Source of the DNA: an uncultured Actinomycetes bacterium
GTDB lineage: Bacteria > Actinomycetota > Thermoleophilia > UBA2241
DNA: 64,000 bases
Assembly: GCA_963755025.1 (NCBI GenBank)
Contig: CAVWIH010000013.1
Location: 32,001-96,000, forward strand
Direction: 5' to 3'
The notes under the pieces were generated by a model, which was given only the letters and a program-made list of their open reading frames with translations, had not been told where the DNA came from and searched no databases. The first letter of the stretch is position 1. Each line of letters opens with the position of its first letter. Positions 1 through 8,951 of this stretch are shown one piece after another. A program made the translations under genes and the position numbers.

Positions 1-67
1 ACTCGAGGCCATCATGAGCGTTCAGAATCCGGCCGGCTCAAATGCGAGACTACGTGGTGAGACTACC

Positions 68-613
68 GTGAGCCGACCCTGGACAAGCAAGGAGATCGCG
101 CGCCTGAGGCGTGAAGCTGAGCTCGGCGCCGCCGAGCTTGCCCGCCTTCTCGGGCGCTCGGTCAGCTCCGTGAAGACTGCCGCCTACCGCCAGCGCATCA
201 CGCTGCGCCGACCCGGTGAGCGCAGCGGTCACCTGCTAGGCCAGCCGCGCAAAGCCTCCCTGCCGGCCGAGGAGCGCGCGCGGGCCATCGCCGATCCCGC
301 GTTCCTTCACCGGGCCGCCGCGGCTCGCGCTGGCACGCTGTGCCCCGAGTGCGGACACCGACCAGTCGAGGTCGCCACGACCGGGTTCTGCGGCACCTGC
401 ACCACTCGCTTCATCGATCGCCTCGCCAGTGACCGCGGCTACGAGCTTGAGACCGCGCGCGCGGTCGTCGATCTGCTTGTCGACCTTCATGGCGCGACGC
501 TGGTCGCGACGCACGTCGATCGCGCGTTGGTCGCGGCGCGCCAGCGTCGACACCGCCAGCGCAGTCGCGGCCAAGGCGATCTCCGCCGACGTGGAGGCGG
601 TCGAGTACCATGA
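68..613 (+). CDS. Phage/ICE-type protein: N-terminal HTH-like segment plus CxxC...CxxC zinc finger
   Basis: ORF 14..613, GTG at 68; 'WTSKEIARL..AELARLLGRSVSSVK' HTH-like; CPEC..CGTC. Confidence 0.55.
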   Translation: MSRPWTSKEIARLRREAELGAAELARLLGRSVSSVKTAAYRQRITLRRPGERSGHLLGQPRKASLPAEERARAIADPAFLHRAAAARAGTLCPECGHRPVEVATTGFCGTCTTRFIDRLASDRGYELETARAVVDLLVDLHGATLVATHVDRALVAARQRRHRQRSRGQGDLRRRGGGRVP

Positions 614-766
614 CCTTGCTCCACGCCGTGGGCCTGCCCCGAACAATCGAGCGACGCACGCAAAGGCGCTACGGCTGTTCCTCGGGGCGACTGGTCGCGC
701 TCTTCGGTGGGCATGGGAGCTGATGGCTGCTCCTTAGGGCAGCCCGACACGAGACGGGAGGTCGCC

Positions 767-1117
767 ATGATCGGCGCAGCTCACGTAATCCTTTTTGCAA
801 CCGACGCCGAGGCGGCGCGCAGGTTCTTCTCAGAGACGCTCGCCTTAGACTCCGTTGATGCTGGCGACGGCTGGTTGATCTTCGCCCTGCCGCCGGCCGA
901 GCTTGCCACCCATCCCACCGACGGCGAAGTCCGTCATGAGCTCTATCTGATGTGCGACGAGATCGAGGTCACGGTCGCCGAGCTACGGGCCAAGGGCGTC
1001 GAGTTCGCCGGCGAGATCAGCGAGCACAACTGGGGACGGCTGATCACCATGCGCGTGCCGGGTGCCGGCGAGCTCGGTCTCTATCAGCCAAGTCATCCCA
1101 GCCCGCTCGTCGGCTGA
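767..1117 (+). CDS. VOC/glyoxalase family protein
   Basis: HVILFATD..ARRFF, 'ELYLMCD..TVAELRAKGVEF..WGR' pattern; GGAGG RBS before ATG 767. Confidence 0.85.
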   Translation: MIGAAHVILFATDAEAARRFFSETLALDSVDAGDGWLIFALPPAELATHPTDGEVRHELYLMCDEIEVTVAELRAKGVEFAGEISEHNWGRLITMRVPGAGELGLYQPSHPSPLVG

Positions 1118-1283
1118 GTGCGGACATCGTCACTCAGTCGATGGCGTTGCAGCCTTCAGACCGCTCAGTCGGCGTGGCTGAACGGTGCGCCCAGGGGGCA
1201 GTGTCTCCGGCACCGGTGAGGACGGCGCACTCTGGCCCGTTCGTGGGCTGGAACGAAACCCAGCCCGAACGTAGCATGACCTC

Positions 1284-2216
1284 ATGCCCTGGCCGCCACC
1301 ACACTCATCGTCGCACGCGGAGGCGAGAGACGCGCGGCGGCGTCGCCTCCTGCCGCTCGTCCTCGCCACCGTCGCGCTGATCGCCGTAATCGGCGTGGTA
1401 GTGGCCGTCGAAGCTTCACACAAGCCTGCCCACCCAGATACGGCGGTCCTGCCCTCAGACACACCCTCGGCACATCCCGCTCACAGCCACTCCCGTCGCC
1501 ACCACGGCCGTCCTGTCGCCGTTCCCGTCCTCATGTTCCACCATGTCGCGCCACGTGCTGAGGGCTCACCGCTGCTCTGGGTCACGCCTCGCCAGCTGGC
1601 CGCCGAACTGGCCTGGCTTGGTCACCACGGCTACCACACCGTCACGCTGGCTCAGGTCTACGCCCGCTGGACGACGGGCAGCCCGCTACCCGTACATCCC
1701 GTGGTGCTCAGTTTCGACGACGGCTATCTCGATCAGTACCGCTACGCCGCGCCTGTGTTGCGCCACTACCGTGACGTCGCCGTGCTCAACCTGATTGTCG
1801 ACAACCTCGGCCGCGCCCTGACCGTCGCCGACGTCTCACGCATGGCCGCCTGGGGCTGGGAGATCGACTCCCACACGATCACCCACCGCGACCTGGCCCT
1901 GCTGCCCGCGCGCGTCGTGCGCTACGAGCTGCTCGGCTCGCGCAACCTACTGCGCCGCTACCTGCATCTGCCGATCGACTTCTTCTGCTATCCGGGTGGC
2001 GCCTACGATGCCGCCGTCGTCCGACAGGTGCGCGAGGCGGGATACCTCGCCGCGACCTCGGTCATCTACGGTCTGGCCCGACCGGCAGAGCTCTTCACCC
2101 TGCCCCGCATCGTCGTCTTCGGCGGCGAGCGACTCCAGCTGTTCGGCGAGAGCCTCGGGGGTTCGGAAGAGGCTGGCGATGCGATCGACCGGGCCGTGAA
2201 CGGCGCGGGGCTCTAA
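1284..2216 (+). CDS. Membrane-anchored polysaccharide deacetylase (CE4/NodB family)
   Basis: N-terminal TM; VPVLMFHHV, SFDDGY, DSHTITH, FCYPGG motifs. Confidence 0.9.
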   Translation: MPWPPPHSSSHAEARDARRRRLLPLVLATVALIAVIGVVVAVEASHKPAHPDTAVLPSDTPSAHPAHSHSRRHHGRPVAVPVLMFHHVAPRAEGSPLLWVTPRQLAAELAWLGHHGYHTVTLAQVYARWTTGSPLPVHPVVLSFDDGYLDQYRYAAPVLRHYRDVAVLNLIVDNLGRALTVADVSRMAAWGWEIDSHTITHRDLALLPARVVRYELLGSRNLLRRYLHLPIDFFCYPGGAYDAAVVRQVREAGYLAATSVIYGLARPAELFTLPRIVVFGGERLQLFGESLGGSEEAGDAIDRAVNGAGL

Positions 2217-2234
2217 GCGGCCAGTGCCGGCATC

Positions 2235-2441
2235 CTAGAGCAGCTCGATGCGCTCGAGGTCGACCCCGCTGACCTCGATGAAGTGCGGGGCGAGGGTGCC
2301 CTCGACGCGGATCGTGACAGAGCGGCCGCGCGCGGCGGCCATCGCGTCACGACCACTCAGTGTCGGCTCGTTGCGACCGACGACGACGCCCGTCTCGCCG
2401 TCGTAGCGCACGCGCTTGCCGAGCAGATCGAGCGTGTTCAT
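2235..2441 (-). CDS. Small hypothetical protein (68 aa, SH3-like beta-rich)
   Basis: MNTLDLLGKRVRYDGETGVVVG... is the protein-like part of ORF 2235..2840. Confidence 0.5.
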   Translation of the reverse strand: MNTLDLLGKRVRYDGETGVVVGRNEPTLSGRDAMAAARGRSVTIRVEGTLAPHFIEVSGVDLERIELL

Positions 2442-2565
2442 GCACGCACTGTACGACAGGCACCCCCGACGACCCTTTCGGAGAAGGTCGCGGCGTCTGC
2501 TTGCCCGCCAGGGTGGTCGGAGACGCCCGAGGGGCGTCTCGCTCGTGCTGCTGTATGGGCGGGCC

Positions 2566-2698
2566 AGCGGCGGGCACAGATCCGCGAGGTTTGCTCGGCG
2601 GTTCGCCCTGGCCCGCCATGCCGCTACATTCTGAGTGCGACCAGCGCAGGGAGCTGGCGTGACACACCCAGACACCAATGAGCGGCACCAGCAGCTGC
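2566..2698 (+). repeat. Dispersed ~130 bp intergenic repeat, copy 1
   Basis: AGCGGCGGGCACAGATCCGCGAGGT..CTCGGCGGTTCGCCC..TACATTCTGAGTGC..CCAGACACC recurs at 5469. Confidence 0.9.
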
Positions 2699-2946
2699 TG
2701 TCCACGGACGGCGCGACGGTGCAGCGGGCCGACGCCGCCTGAGCGTCGCGGACTCTCTCGGCGGTCGGCGTCGAAGACTCGATCAGGCGCGCCCATGACT
2801 TCGCACCGGGTGCTCGCCGCAGCGCGAATGCGTGGGCCAATCACCGCTTACCAACCGAGGCGAGTCGGGTGGGTTGAGGGTCCGCAGTCGCAGGGTGCTC
2901 CCGCGACGCCGGCCGCGTCCGAAGCACCGTTGGGTCTGGTCCGAGG

Positions 2947-3855
2947 CTATCCGCCTCGCAAATCGGCCGCCAGGCCCGCCACGCCCTGGCCGCGCTCGAT
3001 CTCGAAGCGGTCAAGCTGGAAAGGATCACTCCTCGTGGCGTAACCTGCGTTCTCGGTCGTCGCGTTCGTGTAGCCGGCCGCGCTCACTGCCGCGATCACC
3101 GCAGCGTCGTACTTGCTCGACGGATAGCAGAAGCTGTTCACAGGGACGCCCAGTAGGCGCTGCAGGTAGCGGCGGCTTGCGACCACCTGGTAACGCAGCT
3201 GAGAGGGGCTCAGAGTGGTCAGGTCGGGGTGACTCACCGAGTGCGAGTCGACCTCCCAGCCGAGCGCGACGAGGCGGCGCAGCTGGGCCGGGTGGAGGTG
3301 ACCTGCGGTGATCTCGTTGAGCACCCCAGGCCAACCGTAATGACCCAGCACCTCAGGGGCGAAGGTCGCCTGCTCGGGGTAGCCGTTGTCGAAGGTGATG
3401 ACGATCGGCTTGGCGGGTAGCGTGCCTTCCGCAAACCAAGAGCGCATGACCTCGTCGAGGGTGACCGCCTGGTAGCCCTGGTCGGCAAGCCAGCGCATCT
3501 CAGCCAAGAATTCTGATTTCGCCACGTAGAGGCCGGGGTAGGGCTCGCTTGGCGGCGGCGTGCCCAAGGCGTGGTAGACGAGGATGGGGACAGGTCCCGT
3601 GTGGCGTCGCCAGTCGGGCTGCGGGCGGGCGTTGCGGACGAGGTGCGCGGTCGGTCGGCTTGCCGGCCGCGACGCCGCGACGTGCGTTGCGCTCGGCGAA
3701 GGTGAGGCCGCGGCGCTCGGCGTGGCTGACGGGTGGCTGTGAGCGCCGAGCGCGCCCGTCAGGGCGAGCGCGACGACGACCACCGCCGCCAGGAAGACGC
3801 CCAGGACGGCCAGGCGACGGGACAGGATGCGGCGGCGTTGTGCGCGACTAGGCAT
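2947..3855 (-). CDS. Membrane-anchored polysaccharide deacetylase (CE4), paralog of 1284..2216
   Basis: VPILVYH, TFDNGY, DSHSVSH, FCYPSS; N-terminal TM. Confidence 0.9.
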   Translation of the reverse strand: MPSRAQRRRILSRRLAVLGVFLAAVVVVALALTGALGAHSHPSATPSAAASPSPSATHVAASRPASRPTAHLVRNARPQPDWRRHTGPVPILVYHALGTPPPSEPYPGLYVAKSEFLAEMRWLADQGYQAVTLDEVMRSWFAEGTLPAKPIVITFDNGYPEQATFAPEVLGHYGWPGVLNEITAGHLHPAQLRRLVALGWEVDSHSVSHPDLTTLSPSQLRYQVVASRRYLQRLLGVPVNSFCYPSSKYDAAVIAAVSAAGYTNATTENAGYATRSDPFQLDRFEIERGQGVAGLAADLRGG

Positions 3856-4090
3856 GGTGAACGAACTCCCGCCCGCTCCAGACCCTCTTGCCCGCCACGA
3901 CCACCGGCACGGGAAGAGCGTCTCGGGCCACCCGGATGGTGCGCCCCGACCTCGTGGCCGGGAGGCTGCCGCGCATGATCTGTTGGTAGATTGCCTGTGG
4001 GCTCACCCCGGGGTAGGCGGCCACGACCTTGACGCTGATCTGCTCGGGCAGATCGGCGTAGGCGGGGGTGGTGTCAAGACGGTAGGGCAT
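3848..4090 (-). CDS. Excisionase-like (HTH_17) DNA-binding protein
   Basis: SVKVVAAYPGVSPQAIYQQIMRGSLPATRSGRTIRV; GGAGGTG RBS; overlaps deacetylase start. Confidence 0.65.
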   Translation of the reverse strand: MPYRLDTTPAYADLPEQISVKVVAAYPGVSPQAIYQQIMRGSLPATRSGRTIRVARDALPVPVVVAGKRVWSGREFVHHA

Positions 4091-4302
4091 CACACCTCCA
4101 TTGGGGCCGCGTGCCGCTTGTGCCGCCGAGGCGACCTCGCAACCACCGACCATACCGGACCGACCGACAACTCGCACATTGTGAAGTCGCATTAGGGGCT
4201 CGACGACTGTACCTCGCATTCGGCTATGATCAGCGCCGCCGGCACGACGGATCCCTGGGCCGTCGCGATGCAAGCTCTCAAACAGGACGTCTGACAGCCG
4301 AC

Positions 4303-5358
4303 ATGCACCACCACGTCTACCACATGAGCTTTCTCCAGGCGATCGTGATCGGCATCGTCCAGGGCATCGGCGAGCTGTTTCCGGTGTCGAGCCTCGGGCA
4401 CACGGTGCTGATCCCGTCCTGGTTCGGTGGCAGCTGGGCGAAGCTCGTCTCCCAGGAGTCGATGCCCGAGAGCCCCTACCTCGCCTTCGTCGTCGGCCTG
4501 CACCTGGCGACCGCTCTCGTGCTGGTCGGCTTCTACATCCGCGAGTGGGCTCGCATGGCGGTCGGATTCGCGCGTAGCCTGGGCCGGCGCCGCATCGCGA
4601 CCGACGCCGAGCGACTGGCCTGGCTGATCGTGGTGGCGACGATCCCGGTCGGCATTCTCGGGTTCGCCTTCGAGCACGAGTTCCGGGTGCTCTTCGCCAA
4701 GCCGCTCGCCGCCGCGCTGTTCCTCATGGCAAACGGGGTCATCCTGCTCGCCGGCGAGACCTACCGGCGACGCAACGCGGCGGCCGCAACGGCGCGGCAG
4801 ACCGCAACATCGGCGCTCTACGTCGAAGAGCGTCCGGGCTTCACAGCCGGGTCGCGGCCGGCAGGGGCGACGGTCGGCGGTGCGTCAGCCGGGGCGTCGG
4901 CAACCGCGACCATCTCGGCAGCGCGCTTTCGCGACCAGGCCATCGTGCCTATGGACGCCGCAGCCGAGCATGACCTAGCCCGGATCGGCTGGGCGAGCTC
5001 CGGCATTATCGGCGCCGCCCAGGCGCTGGCGCTGCTCGCGGGCATCAGTCGCGAGGGCGTCGCCATGGTCGGCGGTCTCTTCCGCGGGCTCGACAACGAG
5101 AACGCCCTGCGCTTCTCGTTCTTGCTGTCCACGCCGGTGATCTTTGCGGCCGGCATTCTCAAGGTGCCCGACCTCACAGGGCCGCTCGGTGCCGGCATCC
5201 GTGGACCGGTGCTGGCCGGCACGGTCGCCGCGGCCGGCGCGTCGCTCTTTGCGGTCGTCTTCCTGTCGCGCTACTTCAAGACGCGCACGCTGTTGCCGTT
5301 CGCCGTGTACTGCCTGGCCTTCGGCTCCATATCGGCGCTGCGCTTCGGCATCTTCTAG
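4303..5358 (+). CDS. uppP: Undecaprenyl-diphosphate phosphatase (BacA/UppP)
   Basis: QGIGELFPVSSLGH and ALLAGISREG, RFSFLLS motifs; Ala-rich internal insertion. Confidence 0.9.
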   Translation: MHHHVYHMSFLQAIVIGIVQGIGELFPVSSLGHTVLIPSWFGGSWAKLVSQESMPESPYLAFVVGLHLATALVLVGFYIREWARMAVGFARSLGRRRIATDAERLAWLIVVATIPVGILGFAFEHEFRVLFAKPLAAALFLMANGVILLAGETYRRRNAAAATARQTATSALYVEERPGFTAGSRPAGATVGGASAGASATATISAARFRDQAIVPMDAAAEHDLARIGWASSGIIGAAQALALLAGISREGVAMVGGLFRGLDNENALRFSFLLSTPVIFAAGILKVPDLTGPLGAGIRGPVLAGTVAAAGASLFAVVFLSRYFKTRTLLPFAVYCLAFGSISALRFGIF

Positions 5359-5468
5359 GCGGAGTAAGCCGGAATCTACCGGGACACTGTGGCGGCTGGC
5401 CTGGGCGCCTCTTCGCGCGGCCCTACCGACCGCAGACCAACGGCAACGCGGAGGCCATCACAACAACG

Positions 5469-5609
5469 AGCGGCGGGCACAGATCCGCGAGGTGTCCTCG
5501 GCGGTTCGCCCGGACTCGCCATGCTGGTACATTCTGAGTGCAACCAGCGCAAGGACCGGCGTGACGCGCCCAGACACCGAGACCAGCAGCGAGCGACACG
5601 AGCAGCTGC
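5469..5609 (+). repeat. Dispersed ~130 bp intergenic repeat, copy 2
   Basis: Aligns with 2566..2698 in the same orientation. Confidence 0.9.
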
Positions 5610-5632
5610 GCGCCTACCAGCTCGGCGACGGG

Positions 5633-6831
5633 GTGGTCGACTCGGTCGACTTGAAGACCCTGCTTGTGAGCAGAGGGCTGCGCGTGCCCGCCGAGGTCTA
5701 CCGGCGCCTGTCCGGCAGTGCCCGGCTCTCGCCGGACCCGCTTGCCTGCAACTGCCTGATCCTGCCCGACGGCACTATCGTGCAGCTCACGGACCTCGCC
5801 CTGCATATGGGCTACGTGCGCTCGGCGATCTCCTGGGACCTGCTGCGCCAGCTGCGCTACCTGCGCCAGCTTTCCACGCCGTTCAGCCTGAGCGTGACGC
5901 CCGCGGGCCGGGCGTGGCTACTGCACACGGACCGACCTGTGACCGAAGTCACGTTTCCGTCGCCGTCCGCCTTCTACGACCAGCACACGAGCAGCGGCCT
6001 GCCGTGTCGCGGCAACGCCGTGCTCCAGGGCCGCGAGTGGCTCTCGTTCCAATGCCTGTGGCCCTGCGCCTACGCCTGCGCCAGCAAGCCCTGTCAGTAC
6101 TGCTACTCCGGCGGCGTCTTTGCCAGCCTGGCCAAGAGGGGCAAGCCGCTGCCGTCGTTTCCTACGCCGCAGGACGCGGCCGAGATCGCAGCCTGGGCCT
6201 TCGCCCACGAGGAGAGCCTCAGCAGTATCCAGATAACCGGCGGCTCGACCTACGACAGCGACGCTGAGTGCGAGCTCATCACGAAGTACCTGCAGGCGAT
6301 TGATCATCGTGTCGGTCGCGAGAACATAGGCGGCGAGATCGTCGTCTGTGCGACGCCGCCCAAAAGGCCGCAGTCGCTGGACCGCGTCTTCGCCGCCGGC
6401 GCCGACCGTGTCTCGATGAGCTTCGAGATCTGGGACGAGAAGATCGCGCGCCGCAGTCATGCCGGGCAAGGCTGAGGCGATCGACCGAGCTCGTCACCTG
6501 GAGTGCCTTGAGTACATTGTTGCCACCCATGGCTCGAGTAGTGCCTGCAGCAACTTCATCATCGGGCTCGAGTCGGCGGAGAGCTGCCTCGAGGGCGCCG
6601 AACAACTCGCCGCCCGCGGCGTCGTGCCGATCGCCTCCGTGTGGATCCCCATTCGGACGTCCCGTGCTCGGCTCGATGCGAGCACCGGGCCTGTCCTACT
6701 TCCGGCGCATCAAGGCGGGCCTCGCCCGCATCTACGAGACCTGCGGTCTTGAGCCGCCGGGCGGCAGCGGCCTCAACGTCTGCATGTGCAAGGATGTGCA
6801 TCGGCACCGCCGGGGGATTCTCGTCGCCTGA
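5633..6831 (+). CDS. Radical SAM protein (two apparent frameshifts near 6460 and 6650)
   Basis: CAYACASKPCQYC motif, IQITGG, SFEIWD; continues in ORFs 6459..6752 (SNFIIGLES) and 6508..6831 (PFGRP..CMC). Confidence 0.75.
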
Positions 6832-6874
6832 GCAGCGTCCCGGTTCCCCCCTCGTCTATTCATCGCGACCGCCG

Positions 6875-6896
6875 CGGTTTGTACTCGGTTTGTACT
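6875..6896. repeat. Perfect 11-bp tandem repeat (CGGTTTGTACT)x2, putative integrase arm-type site
   Basis: Direct reading; ~120 bp upstream of a tRNA 3' fragment. Confidence 0.6.
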
Positions 6897-7015
6897 CCCT
6901 ATTGGCGCCGAATGCGCCGAAGCGAGCCCACTGCCGCCGACCCCGGCTCCGCATCTTCCCTGCAAAGAGCCGATATCCGCCGAGATGGGCCGACAGCCGC
7001 CGATGGCTCGATGAA

Positions 7016-7046
7016 ATCGCTGGTTCGATTCCAGCCGGGGGCGCCA
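7016..7046 (+). other. tRNA 3' fragment (T-arm, acceptor strand, CCA): att-site core; isotype uncertain
   Basis: GCTGG-TTCGATT-CCAGC CGGGGGC G CCA; no D-arm or matching 5' acceptor strand upstream. Confidence 0.75.
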
Positions 7047-7238
7047 GAAATACCTGCTCAGGGCTGTTTCCTATTGTGCGGTTCGCGCACGATACTTCCG
7101 AAGCGGCAGAACTGCCGACATTTTGCCGACGAGACTCCTAGTAATGCGTCGGCATGGCGCAGTATCCCTGAGCACGAATCGCTGATGCAGCCTCCGCATG
7201 TGACTCACCTGTTGTCCGAGGCGTAGGCTGACCGAGTC

Positions 7239-7583
7239 ATGGCCTTCAACGAACTTGAGCTGAAGCGCATCGACCACTCGGTCGGTGACCTGTGCCGGCG
7301 ATGCTCGCCTCCAGAGCACGCCGACGAGCTCCGCGTCGTCTGCCGTATCGACGGCCACGCTGTGAGCATCTACGAGGAACGGCCGCCATGGCGTGGCAGC
7401 GGCCCCTGGACAAGCCACGGCATCGCCCGCTTTCGCTTCTCCCGCGCCCAAGGCACCTGGTCGCTCTTCTGGATGCGCCAGGACCTGAAGTGGCACCGCT
7501 ATGAGCCCGAACCGCCGTCGCCAGATCTGGCCACGCTGGTCGCTGTCATCGAAGCCGAAGAGTTCGGCGCGTTCTTCGGGTAG
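7239..7583 (+). CDS. DUF3024-family protein
   Basis: IYEERPPW..IARFRF..WSLFWMRQDLKWHRYEP..FFG end. Confidence 0.8.
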   Translation: MAFNELELKRIDHSVGDLCRRCSPPEHADELRVVCRIDGHAVSIYEERPPWRGSGPWTSHGIARFRFSRAQGTWSLFWMRQDLKWHRYEPEPPSPDLATLVAVIEAEEFGAFFG

Positions 7584-7679
7584 TCTGGCGGCAAGCTCGG
7601 CGGGCGATCTCGATCGACGTGTTGGGCAGCGCCGCCGCCTGGCGATCGTCCACACGAGATCCCATGGAGAGAGGATGCT

Positions 7680-7892
7680 GTGAGTCCGGCTTGGTTTGGA
7701 CGAAGGCGCAACGGTTGGAACTTCCGGCCGGCCTCCTGGCAGGGGTGGGCGGTGACCGCGCTCTACGGTCTGCTTATCTACGTGGCTGCACGCGCCTTCA
7801 GAGTGCATCACACAGTGCTCTTCATCGCCGCGCTGCTCGTGCTTACGGTGGCGTTCGGCGTCGTTGCTGTGGCCACCAGCCGCAGCCGCTAG
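7680..7892 (+). CDS. Small membrane protein (WFxRRxxGWxxRPASWQGW family)
   Basis: 70 aa, two hydrophobic segments; paralog at 10499. Confidence 0.7.
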   Translation: MSPAWFGRRRNGWNFRPASWQGWAVTALYGLLIYVAARAFRVHHTVLFIAALLVLTVAFGVVAVATSRSR

Positions 7893-7987
7893 GAACCCAG
7901 GCGCCTGGACTGCGGCCTTCGGTATACAGCTTCACGGAACTTGCCGCCGGCTACCTTCGTGGCACTCTTAGACCACGGAGGGGGTAC

Positions 7988-8401
7988 ATGGCGTTCATCG
8001 ACAAGACCATCGCTGTGACGGCAGACGTGCGCGACGTCTACGATGCCTGGGCGGCCTTCGAGCACTATCCGAAGTTCATGAAGACTGTCGAGGCGGTGAC
8101 GCTCGTCGAGGAGGACCAGCTGCACTGGGTCGCCGTGATCGAAGAGGACACCGTTGAGTGGGACGCCGACTTAGTCGAGCATGTGGTCGACGAGAAGATC
8201 GCCTGGCGGGCCATCGACGGCCGTGAGACCGGTGAGGTGCGCTTCGAGAAGCTCGCCGCAGGCAAGACGATGGTCACCTACCAGCTTGAGTACGACCCGG
8301 CGGCCTGGGAAGGCGAACCCGACGCCGTGCGCCGCTGGATGAACCGCCGGGTCGACAGGGACCTCGATGCGTTCAAGAACATGGTAGAGGCCGCCGAATA
8401 G
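7988..8401 (+). CDS. SRPBCC/cyclase family protein
   Basis: VYDAWAAFEHYPKFM..WDA..IAWR..G.VRF..DLDAFK; GGAGGG RBS. Confidence 0.85.
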   Translation: MAFIDKTIAVTADVRDVYDAWAAFEHYPKFMKTVEAVTLVEEDQLHWVAVIEEDTVEWDADLVEHVVDEKIAWRAIDGRETGEVRFEKLAAGKTMVTYQLEYDPAAWEGEPDAVRRWMNRRVDRDLDAFKNMVEAAE

Positions 8402-8458
8402 GGAGCAGAAGCCCGTTCGCCGACCGAACGATTAAACGGGCAGTCGAGGAGCCACGAC

Positions 8459-8578
8459 ATGAGTCACACAGACCTTGCGGTAGCTGTGGCCGGGATCCTG
8501 ATCGCGGTCGGCTCCGTCGTGCTTGGCGCGTGGCTTGACCTGCGGCCATCAAGAGGCCGCGACAGGGAAGATCGCTAG
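8459..8578 (+). CDS. Putative 39-aa single-TM microprotein
   Basis: GAGGAG RBS, MSHTDLAVAVAGILIAVGSVVLGAWLDLRPSRGRDREDR*. Confidence 0.45.
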   Translation: MSHTDLAVAVAGILIAVGSVVLGAWLDLRPSRGRDREDR

Positions 8579-8951
8579 CTCGACCAGCGCCGGATCGTCG
8601 TCTGGGCGACTCGACCAACGGATGCCGTCAGGACGACGCTGGGCCACCATGGATCCGCACCCGGAGCTCCCCTCCTCGGTGCCACGCCCTCGGACCCGGC
8701 AACGATCGCGAGGGCATCTTCGCGCGCAGGGGGCCGCCAGCCAGAGCCGGGACGGCCTCTGTTCTTTTCGAGGGGGCAGCGCCCGTTGCACCGTCAAGTC
8801 GTTGCCAGCGCCGGTGATGCTTTCTGGCGGCCGCACCTTGTCACGGGCTCGCCAGCTGCCGAAAGCAAGTGCTGACGCGGTGCGCCGTGGCGCGCCGCGT
8901 CAGCCTCTCCCCGAGGCGCGGACTTGCGGCAGCGAAGCGATGGAGGTCTTC

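Noticed and set aside
6959-7046. Complete or intron-containing tRNA using CTGCAAA at ~6960 as the anticodon loop
   Set aside because: No anticodon stem pairing or matching 5' acceptor strand found.
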